A stretch of 64,000 nucleotides of DNA from a virus, in the IMG/VR virus record IMGVR_UViG_3300009506_003033, positions 1 through 64,000 of that record. One strand, 5' to 3'. The first letter of the stretch is position 1. The number at the start of each line of letters is the position of its first letter. Positions 53,578-61,758 of the stretch are shown piece after piece. Both the position numbers and the translations under genes were made by a program. The notes beneath the pieces are model-generated. The model had not been told where the DNA came from. It searched no databases and saw only the letters and a program-made list of their open reading frames with translations.

Positions 53578-53822
53578 TGTGTCTCAAATATGGTGGCGAT
53601 ATCTACAAATGTGCGGCATGCGGTTCTACTTGGTCCAAGAGGTATCGTCATCGGGACATGGGTGTAGGAACTAAGAAAAAGGTGTGTGCCCGATGTGGCG
53701 AAGTGCGAGAGCACGAGGATCTCACCTATCATAGCTTGTGGTGTCATTGCGATTTGGATGAGGATTGTGATCACGGTCTGTGCGATGATTGCCTGTGCGA
53801 AGTGTTAGATGGCGATGGATAA
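53574..53822 (+). CDS. Cys-rich zinc-finger protein
   Basis: CAACG, CARCG, CHC, LCDDC. Confidence 0.45.
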   Translation: MMCLKYGGDIYKCAACGSTWSKRYRHRDMGVGTKKKVCARCGEVREHEDLTYHSLWCHCDLDEDCDHGLCDDCLCEVLDGDG

Positions 53823-55296
53823 CATCGTAGTCGATCCGATTGAATTTGCTCGGGTTCACTGGCCGGACATACGCTTTTACAAGCAGCAGCAGGACATCAT
53901 CTATTCTGTAGTAGAGAACGATGAGACGGTGGTGCCAGCTGGTAATGAACTGGGCAAAGACTTTGTAGCGGCATTCATCATTCTCTGGTTCTTCTGCAGC
54001 CGCCTTCCCGCCCGAATCGTAGCTACCGGTCCAAGTGAAAGACAAGTCGAGGACGTGCTATGGGGGGAAATCAAGCGATTCGTCGACACGTCAAAGTACA
54101 AACTTCCCGTAGTCTATTCTCATATGCTCTTGAGGCGAACGAGAAGAGACGGATCCATCGTGCCAGCCTGTGAAGTACGGGGACAGGTGGCACAAAAGGG
54201 CGAATCATTACTTGGTAGACATACGCCGCGGGGACTGGGTGGATTGCCGATGACCATGGCAGTATTCGATGAAGGTTCTGGAATCGACGATATGCCGTAT
54301 CAGTCGAGTGACACCTGGGCACATCGCAAGCTCATAATTGGTAACCCGCGGCCCTGCACGAATTTCTTTTTCCATGCAGTGCAAAGTGGTGACAAGCGAT
54401 CTCCGGCGAACAATCATTATTGGCGCAAAGTAATCAGGATACGAGCAGATGACAGTCCGAACGTTAGGGCGGGGCGGGCCGGACTGCAAAAGATACTTGT
54501 GCCTGGGTTAGTCACTTGGGAAGATTATCAGAAGCGGCGTGCCCAGTGGGGACGAGAACAACAGGCATGGGGGCTCGATGCAGAATTCTACGAAGGTCCC
54601 GAACTCAAGCTTTTCCCGGCCGAATGGCTCAATCGGGCCGAGGCGGCAGCTGACGGCGGTGTGAAGCCGAAGGGACGAATTACTATAGGTAGCGATCCAG
54701 CGGAGGGCGGCGACAGCACGGTGTGGGCAGTCGTCTGCGAGAACGGACTGCTTGAACTGGTGAGCATGAAGACTCCGAATACGGCGGTCATCAGCAACTG
54801 GACGCTCGGACTGATGCGAAAATGGCATGTGCAGCCCGAGGATGTCTATCTGGATCAAGGTGGTGGCGGGAAGGAACATGCTGACTATCTTCGGGAAAAG
54901 GGATATCCTGTACAGACGGTGGCCTTCGGCAAGCCGGTGAACGCGGACGGCGGAATGGTGACGTTTTGGGAGAAGCGGGACATGCGGGAACAAGGCTACG
55001 GCTACAAGAATCGTCGGGCCCAGATGTACGATCTCATCAGTCAGAGATTGAATCCCGACAACGGTTCCCCGTTCGCTATAGGCAGGGAACACGCGGAACT
55101 GCGGCGGCAACTCAGCCCCATTCCCCGCTTGTACGATGGAGAGGGTAGAATGTATTTGCCTCCGAAGAGGAAAGTGCCTCACAGCAACGTGCAGACGATG
55201 ATCGACTTATGTGGTCATAGTCCGGACGAGGCGGATGCATTGGCCTTGGCGGTATACGGGTTGTCACAGGAGCGATTCGAGATAGGGCCGATTTAG
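53809..55296 (+). CDS. terminase large subunit
   Basis: Walker A AGNELGKD, Walker B VFDEG, IIGNP, nuclease GSDPAEGGDST, SPDEADALAL. Confidence 0.9.
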   Translation: MAMDNIVVDPIEFARVHWPDIRFYKQQQDIIYSVVENDETVVPAGNELGKDFVAAFIILWFFCSRLPARIVATGPSERQVEDVLWGEIKRFVDTSKYKLPVVYSHMLLRRTRRDGSIVPACEVRGQVAQKGESLLGRHTPRGLGGLPMTMAVFDEGSGIDDMPYQSSDTWAHRKLIIGNPRPCTNFFFHAVQSGDKRSPANNHYWRKVIRIRADDSPNVRAGRAGLQKILVPGLVTWEDYQKRRAQWGREQQAWGLDAEFYEGPELKLFPAEWLNRAEAAADGGVKPKGRITIGSDPAEGGDSTVWAVVCENGLLELVSMKTPNTAVISNWTLGLMRKWHVQPEDVYLDQGGGGKEHADYLREKGYPVQTVAFGKPVNADGGMVTFWEKRDMREQGYGYKNRRAQMYDLISQRLNPDNGSPFAIGREHAELRRQLSPIPRLYDGEGRMYLPPKRKVPHSNVQTMIDLCGHSPDEADALALAVYGLSQERFEIGPI

Positions 55297-55307
55297 GAGC
55301 AAATATC

Positions 55308-55649
55308 ATGAAGAAAGAGATACTGACTGATAAGGACATAGGACGCACATATTATAGGGCACCACATCTGTATCGATCTTCTCCAAGTGAATTGATGATA
55401 GCAACGCGGGCTATGGTAGTAGTTAAGGGTTCGGAGGGGCGTTTGTTTCTTGTACCACTTTATTGTCCCACCAGGAGCGACGAGCATGGCGATCCTATAG
55501 TTGATCTGTATGAATTAGAGGAGATAGATCTATATGATACCATTGAAGAGGCGATGGAAAATGGAATTGACTCAACAAGAAACCGAATAGCATCGATGAT
55601 GACGGCGATACGAGAAGTGGAGACGTGGCTGGAGCAGCGGCCGAAATGA
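55308..55649 (+). CDS. hypothetical protein
   Basis: AGGAG RBS. Confidence 0.5.
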   Translation: MKKEILTDKDIGRTYYRAPHLYRSSPSELMIATRAMVVVKGSEGRLFLVPLYCPTRSDEHGDPIVDLYELEEIDLYDTIEEAMENGIDSTRNRIASMMTAIREVETWLEQRPK

Positions 55650-55848
55650 ACGACGGAGAAGACGAAAATCTGAACGATCGAAGCGAAGCCTATCAGTTGG
55701 CTCTAGAGGAATACTACGAGCGACAGCGCGAGATGCGGGAGGACTGGGAATACGAGGAGGAACTGCGGAAGAAGCGGCCTGATGGGCCTTGGGCGGATTT
55801 GATGCGGCGAGTGGGGAGGTTGATATAGCAATAAAAGGGAGCGAAAAG

Positions 55849-56397
55849 ATGACTGAACAGAAAATATCGAAGGTAGAACTAGATGTACTAGCGATCAAGG
55901 CCGATATCGCAGCATTGCGAGATTTCGTTGAGAATTTGGAGGGATACAAGGAATGGAATAAGCGCACGGCTCATCTATCATCAGTAATTGAGAAATTGAC
56001 GGTACAACTTAACAAAGATACGGCCCTCAAGTCGTTATCTACCGCTGTGTTAATGATGAACGATGAACTTTCGACGTTTCGTACCAGCTATCAGTCTGCA
56101 TTCAAAGAATTCAGAAAGACATACAAAGATATGTCGGAAGAAGACAGATTACCGTCCGCAAAGCAATTGCGGCACATGGTGAGCAATGGTGGAATAGAAG
56201 AGATTGAAGAAACGATGACTAGACTGCGAAAGGAATTGATTAGCCTAGAAACAATCTATGTACTGGCAAAAATGCCTTGGTTGGTAAACGGGAGCGAGAA
56301 AGAAGAAAGCGAAAATGCCACGGAAAACAAAACAAGCCGATCCCGTACTAAACATCAATCGCGAAAGCATGCCGGAATCACAGCGCACGGCGACTGA
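55849..56397 (+). CDS. coiled-coil hypothetical protein
   Basis: AAGGGAG RBS, helical composition. Confidence 0.5.
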   Translation: MTEQKISKVELDVLAIKADIAALRDFVENLEGYKEWNKRTAHLSSVIEKLTVQLNKDTALKSLSTAVLMMNDELSTFRTSYQSAFKEFRKTYKDMSEEDRLPSAKQLRHMVSNGGIEEIEETMTRLRKELISLETIYVLAKMPWLVNGSEKEESENATENKTSRSRTKHQSRKHAGITAHGD

Positions 56398-58339
56398 ATC
56401 CAACAACGGTAACGGATTCAGTCGCAGTTTGTTGAGAGACATGGTGGATAATGCCATGCTCGCACGCAGCGAATTGATGGAGCGGTATTTTGATCCTCGC
56501 CGCAACCTCAACGACGAATGCGGATATCCCGAGACGAGGAAGATACAGGGGGACGACTACAGGGATCTTTACGATCGGGATCCGATAGCCGCCCGTGTGG
56601 TCGAGATATTGCCCTATGAGAGCTGGATGCTAGATCCATCTGTCATTGAAGATGAAGACGTGGAAACAATCACCAAGTTCGAGGGAGCCTTCTACGAACT
56701 GCCCAAGAGTCTTGAGGGCGAAGAAAGTTGGTACGAGGATGAACAAGAGAACAGCATTTGGAGCTATCTGCTACGGGCGGACATTCTGAGTCGAATCGGG
56801 TGGTACGGGACGCTGCTGCTGGGAATTGACGACGGGAAGCCTCTTTCGGAGCCGGCAGAATCAAAGAAAGATCAACGACTCATCTATCTGCGTCCGTTTG
56901 ACTCCACGATGTCCGTAGTCAGTCGCTGGGAGACTGATTCTGACAGTTCGCGGTTCGGCTGGCCTGCGGAATACAGCATTACTTTCGTCGACACGAACAA
57001 TGCGGCACCGTACGGACTTGGAGTCAAGAACATCACCGAGCAAGTTCACTGGAGCAGAGTCATTCACATCTGCAATAAGAGTGCGTCGAGTAACGTCGTG
57101 CACACACCGCCATTGCAGCACGTGCTCAACAGGGTACTCGATCTCCGGAAGTTGTACGCTGGCAGTGCGGAGATGTACTGGAGAGGTGCATTTCCGGGCA
57201 TCAGCTTTGAAGTCGCGCCGCAACTCTTGGAAAAAGGTGTCGGCATAGGAAGCACGCGCAGGGCCGCCATACGATCCGAGATTGAGAACTACATGAACGG
57301 GCTACAACGGTATCTGACGGCCACTGGACTGACTGCGAAGAGTCTGCCCACACAGGTTGTTGATCCGTCGCCGCAAATCGAAGTGCAACTGACGGCCATC
57401 TGTATCCTACTGGACATCCCCAAGCGAATATTCATGGGGAGCGAGCGTGGCGAACTGTCATCGAGCCAGGACGCGGTGGACTGGCTGCGAAACCTGAATA
57501 GTCGACAGCGGAGGCATAACACGCCAAACTTAATAGTGCCATTTGTGAACCGATGTATAAGTCTTGGCATTTTACCGAAGCCGAAAAGCTACAAGGTGAC
57601 ATGGCCGGACATGTTGAACCTGAGCCCAGAGCAAAGGGCAACCATTGCCGAGAAACGCATCAAAACGATGGCGGCGTATGTTGGTGGCAACGTCGAAGCG
57701 ATCATGTCTCCAATAGATTTGTACACGCGGGAACTGGATTACGACAGCAGTGAAGCCGAGCAGATACTTGATTCTGTCGAAGGGCAAGAATTTAATGAGT
57801 CAATGCCACCGCAAGCTGAAGAAGTGATACTCGAGGAGATGTTGCAGCAAGCCGACGAGGCACTGAATCAAATCGGTAGTGGACCTATCAGCGGGCAACC
57901 AATAGGTGGTGAAGGTGAGGGAGCGTCTACGTCTTCTGATCTTGATATTGATCTATTAAGGCAGATATTAGGAGAATTGAGACGCAGAGTGGGACTGGCG
58001 ACGATTGGATACATTGACAATCAGTTACTTTTCAATATTTCTACTAGAGATTTATTGATGGGAATCCTTGGAGAACTGAGGAAACTGAGGGGGGAGAAGA
58101 CGCTGGGATACCGCGAAGAAGATTTCGGCGGATCGTTGTTGGATGAGACTGTTTCTGATTTTCGTGAATGGCTGGATACTGCCAAACGCATCAACGTACG
58201 AACTGGTGAAACTATTGTATCGAAGGGCGCGAAATCGGTAGATACAATGTCCAGTTTGGCGACTATTTCAACGGCTGCCAGCATAAAAGATAAAAATCCG
58301 ACTGCGGGCTTGAATATAAGAGAGAAGCAAGAATGGTGA
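56315..58339 (+). CDS. phage portal protein (DUF1073-type) with acidic C-terminal extension
   Basis: ECGYP, YDRDPIAARVV, RFGWPAEYSI, VHWSRVIH, GSAEMYWRGA, IPKRIFMGSERGELSSSQD; follows terL. Confidence 0.85.
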   Translation: MPRKTKQADPVLNINRESMPESQRTATESNNGNGFSRSLLRDMVDNAMLARSELMERYFDPRRNLNDECGYPETRKIQGDDYRDLYDRDPIAARVVEILPYESWMLDPSVIEDEDVETITKFEGAFYELPKSLEGEESWYEDEQENSIWSYLLRADILSRIGWYGTLLLGIDDGKPLSEPAESKKDQRLIYLRPFDSTMSVVSRWETDSDSSRFGWPAEYSITFVDTNNAAPYGLGVKNITEQVHWSRVIHICNKSASSNVVHTPPLQHVLNRVLDLRKLYAGSAEMYWRGAFPGISFEVAPQLLEKGVGIGSTRRAAIRSEIENYMNGLQRYLTATGLTAKSLPTQVVDPSPQIEVQLTAICILLDIPKRIFMGSERGELSSSQDAVDWLRNLNSRQRRHNTPNLIVPFVNRCISLGILPKPKSYKVTWPDMLNLSPEQRATIAEKRIKTMAAYVGGNVEAIMSPIDLYTRELDYDSSEAEQILDSVEGQEFNESMPPQAEEVILEEMLQQADEALNQIGSGPISGQPIGGEGEGASTSSDLDIDLLRQILGELRRRVGLATIGYIDNQLLFNISTRDLLMGILGELRKLRGEKTLGYREEDFGGSLLDETVSDFREWLDTAKRINVRTGETIVSKGAKSVDTMSSLATISTAASIKDKNPTAGLNIREKQEW

Positions 58340-59832
58340 AATATCTGACTGCGGTTCTATTGATGGTGCTGTTTTTGACATCGGCAGCTGCACAAGTGTA
58401 TGTCGATCGAGTGATGCAGAGTACGGCAATCACTGGCACTGGCACTTATAGCTTGTCCGGTACCAATGTCGGATATAAGACATTCGTCGATGGTGTCGGG
58501 AGCGGCAATCAATGTCCCTATTGTGCCGTCATGGGGAATGATTGGGAAGTCGGTATTGGAACAGTGATAGATGCAGCTACTGATACGTTATCGAGGGATA
58601 CTATTCTGGCATCAACGAATGGCGGAGCTGCTGTGGATTGGACTGGTGGAACGAAAACGATCTTTGTGACGATGCCGGCTGCGTTTGGTAATGTTGGATT
58701 TGTGACAACATCTCTTTCAAGTGCCATCAGTAACGAAAGATTATTAACCGGAAGCGCCAATGAGATCACCGTCACCGACGGCGGGGCAGGCAATAACGTT
58801 ACGCTGTCGCTTCCCAGTGGAGTCAACCTCGGAGACGCTTCTTATCTCGCAACGGACGAGGTGCGGGCGTATGATAATGCGGGTCTCAAACTGTACGAAG
58901 ATGAAGGAAGCGGTATCTTTGTACAGGATTCAACAGGCTTCATTGGCATCGGGACGACGGCGCCGAACACTTTATTAGATGTTAATACTAGTTCACAGGG
59001 TCAAGGGGTAATCGCCGGAAATATGTTTATAGGAGTTTGGAATGCGAACTCTGATTATGCTGTAGTATCTCACAAGAATTTTAGAACTACAAATGCAAGC
59101 ACGAAATATGCTTTCATCCAAAGAGATAACGGAGAGACTTATTTTAATTCTCCAACGGTTTTGCACTTTAATGGTAATGGAAACGGAAAGATGAATCTTT
59201 ACGTCTCTGGTGGTTTAGCTATTGGAGATATTTTTGATGATACTGACCCTGGAGCAGACAATGTAATAATAGAAGGCACCGTTGGCATCGGGACGACGGC
59301 GTCGAATAGTACAATGGAAATCAACGCCGCCACCGGAGGTACCCTGCGCCTGACGTACAACGACTCGAACGGCAGCGCCACGGATCACGCTGACTTGGCA
59401 ACGGATTCAAACGGCGGGCTGACTGTGACGACCACCGATGGCGACGGGGCGGCGGGGAATATTACGCTAACCCCAGACGGTAACACAGTTATTAGTATTG
59501 GTAATGTCACGCTGACCGATGGTGCGGTAGCAGCTGCACCGGAGACGGTGGCCACGCTCGGCGTTGGTGTAACAACGTTCGCGGTAGACTCGAATCTGTG
59601 TGTGATTACTGGGGACGGTGGCGGAAACACGGTGGCGACGATTACTGGTGGTGTGACCGGACAGATGCTCGTGCTATTGTTTACGGATGCCAATATCACG
59701 ATCACGGATACCGACGCACATACAGCCAACACAGTGGACTTGTCGGCGGCGTTCACGAGTGCGGACGATACAACGTTGACACTGGTATTTGATGGTACTT
59801 CGTGGTATGAGACATCGCGAAGTGCAAATTAG
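58333..59832 (+). CDS. tail-fibre-like Thr/Gly-rich protein with N-terminal Sec signal peptide
   Basis: MVKYLTAVLLMVLFLTSAAA|Q; DRV..TGTGT.SL.G...WEVGIGT...TLSRDTILAS; IGIGTTAP and VGIGTTAS repeats. Confidence 0.65.
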   Translation: MVKYLTAVLLMVLFLTSAAAQVYVDRVMQSTAITGTGTYSLSGTNVGYKTFVDGVGSGNQCPYCAVMGNDWEVGIGTVIDAATDTLSRDTILASTNGGAAVDWTGGTKTIFVTMPAAFGNVGFVTTSLSSAISNERLLTGSANEITVTDGGAGNNVTLSLPSGVNLGDASYLATDEVRAYDNAGLKLYEDEGSGIFVQDSTGFIGIGTTAPNTLLDVNTSSQGQGVIAGNMFIGVWNANSDYAVVSHKNFRTTNASTKYAFIQRDNGETYFNSPTVLHFNGNGNGKMNLYVSGGLAIGDIFDDTDPGADNVIIEGTVGIGTTASNSTMEINAATGGTLRLTYNDSNGSATDHADLATDSNGGLTVTTTDGDGAAGNITLTPDGNTVISIGNVTLTDGAVAAAPETVATLGVGVTTFAVDSNLCVITGDGGGNTVATITGGVTGQMLVLLFTDANITITDTDAHTANTVDLSAAFTSADDTTLTLVFDGTSWYETSRSAN

Positions 59833-59841
59833 GAGATAGAA

Positions 59842-60315
59842 ATGAAACGACGTGAATTATTGACATCTTTGACCGCCGCCCCCTTGGCAGTATTGGTAGC
59901 CGGAGAGGCTTCATCTTCTGTAAACATTGGACCGCTCTTGGCCAGTCAAGCGGTCGGTGCACTCGAACTTGCCCGCCTGCGCATCGTTCTTGATCTGGTA
60001 AGAGATGGAATCGTAACTACGCCAGCAAACTACACGCAAGACAAGGTAGACTACCTCGACTTGGCAACGGTAAACAAGTACGTACTGCCGTTCTTGCGCG
60101 TCTGGAGCAAGTTCACGCAGGAACAGCTCGATGCGATGACCGTCGAGCAGCAGGCACTTGCCGTGATGGACCGGCTAAAGTGGTTCTTCCGATACGCCTA
60201 CGTCAGCGAGCAGTCTGACATGAAGACATCGCAGCAGACGGCGATTGATACGTCTACGGCGACGGCGAGGACAGATCTTGGCGAAGACGAGTTCTCTTTA
60301 CCAGAGCCAGAGTAG
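59842..60315 (+). CDS. protein with twin-arginine-like signal peptide
   Basis: MKRRELLTSLTAAPLAVLVAGEA; AGGAG RBS. Confidence 0.5.
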   Translation: MKRRELLTSLTAAPLAVLVAGEASSSVNIGPLLASQAVGALELARLRIVLDLVRDGIVTTPANYTQDKVDYLDLATVNKYVLPFLRVWSKFTQEQLDAMTVEQQALAVMDRLKWFFRYAYVSEQSDMKTSQQTAIDTSTATARTDLGEDEFSLPEPE

Positions 60316-60446
60316 CCGTGTGCAGTTCCTCTGTTGACGCTTTTTGATTAGTGCAACGATTGCCGAAGGAGGGCCGCAGATGGGCACGATGCGCAGATGG
60401 ATGGTCGCCGTCTGTGGCTTTGAATTTACTATCAGAAAGAGAAACC

Positions 60447-60857
60447 ATGAAAGATAAAATGCAATGTAATTTCGATACGATGACGATAGAAAGACTTCGT
60501 ATGGTATTAGAGCAGCAAGTGTCATTCAAGACGAACAGAATTTTAAATCTCCGCCCGATTGAACTGTTCAAACGCGAAGGCGATATACTCGTGATGCGAG
60601 TTGAAGCTGGGATTGCAGCACTTCCGGAGAAGACAGTATCCATACATAAACGATGGCCATCTAATTGGTTACAATCCCTCAAGGAACGATGGGCTCCTCG
60701 ATGGTGGAGAAATCGGTGGCCAGTACAGTATGAACGAATCGATGTTGAACAGAAAATATATAAGGCAGTTTGTCCGCATATTAGATTTGATGATGACTGC
60801 TATAAGTTTCTAGTCGAAAGAGAATGTTGCGGAATACTGGAAGAACAGTCTGGATGA
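60447..60857 (+). CDS. hypothetical protein
   Basis: WPSNWLQSLKERWAPRWWRNRWPV. Confidence 0.5.
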   Translation: MKDKMQCNFDTMTIERLRMVLEQQVSFKTNRILNLRPIELFKREGDILVMRVEAGIAALPEKTVSIHKRWPSNWLQSLKERWAPRWWRNRWPVQYERIDVEQKIYKAVCPHIRFDDDCYKFLVERECCGILEEQSG

Positions 60858-60982
60858 AAACAAGAAGCCTGCTAAAGCGGGCCGTGCGATGGCTAATCTT
60901 GGTCCACTGGAGAATCGCACGGGTATATCCCCATGCATCTCCGGGCATTGTATCACACTAGCAGCGATAAAAAAGGGAAATT

Positions 60983-61735
60983 ATGATTACGTGGAAAATC
61001 ATCGGAGACACGCCGCAAGCTCCGGCCGTCATTGAAGGATATACGCTCGGCAATGTCATAGCAGAACGTTTCGCGATAGATTGGCAATTACCGCCAGCAC
61101 CAGAGCATCCGACATGGCAAGTGAAAATCGGAAATGTAGCTGTGAAAGCTGAAGGAAAGTCTTCAGACGGCATCGATGAACTGTTGAAGATAGAAGGCGT
61201 GGCGCATACAGATGTTACCGTGCTGTTTGACGGCACGCTCTATTCGTTTGCGAGGCGTATTCAGTTGCAGGCTAATTGTTCGGCTGTGATGATGGCTCCG
61301 AATGGAGTAGCACAGCCACTATCTCCGATTTCTTATTTCACTGTGCCATTAATATTGGAAGTCGTGCCTGGACCTGCTCGATCGAATCCGATCTGGTCAA
61401 GAGCAGTGGGTACTGAATTGCGAGAAGCTTTTCGCGGCATCAGAGCGCAGACTTTCGCCAATGCGCCACTTATTTTACGCTTTGGATCAGCTGAATGGAT
61501 TGCACCGATGACAGAAGCAGATATCAAATCAGTCAAAATAGAAGCGACGGACAAATGTGCCATCTGCAACCATTCACACGCCACGACTGATTTGTTGCCG
61601 GATGTCACTTGGATCCTTTTAGAGGACGGAAGCGGAATTGAGATGTGGCCGTCGAACTGTCAACCATACGAACGGTATCGTATAATCGTAGACAGGGGCA
61701 CCGCCAAAACCATCGTACACTTGCGGACGCAATGA
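60983..61735 (+). CDS. hypothetical protein
   Basis: AAGGGA RBS; 250-aa ORF. Confidence 0.5.
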   Translation: MITWKIIGDTPQAPAVIEGYTLGNVIAERFAIDWQLPPAPEHPTWQVKIGNVAVKAEGKSSDGIDELLKIEGVAHTDVTVLFDGTLYSFARRIQLQANCSAVMMAPNGVAQPLSPISYFTVPLILEVVPGPARSNPIWSRAVGTELREAFRGIRAQTFANAPLILRFGSAEWIAPMTEADIKSVKIEATDKCAICNHSHATTDLLPDVTWILLEDGSGIEMWPSNCQPYERYRIIVDRGTAKTIVHLRTQ

Positions 61736-61758
61736 AAAGATTGAAGGTATTAGCAACC

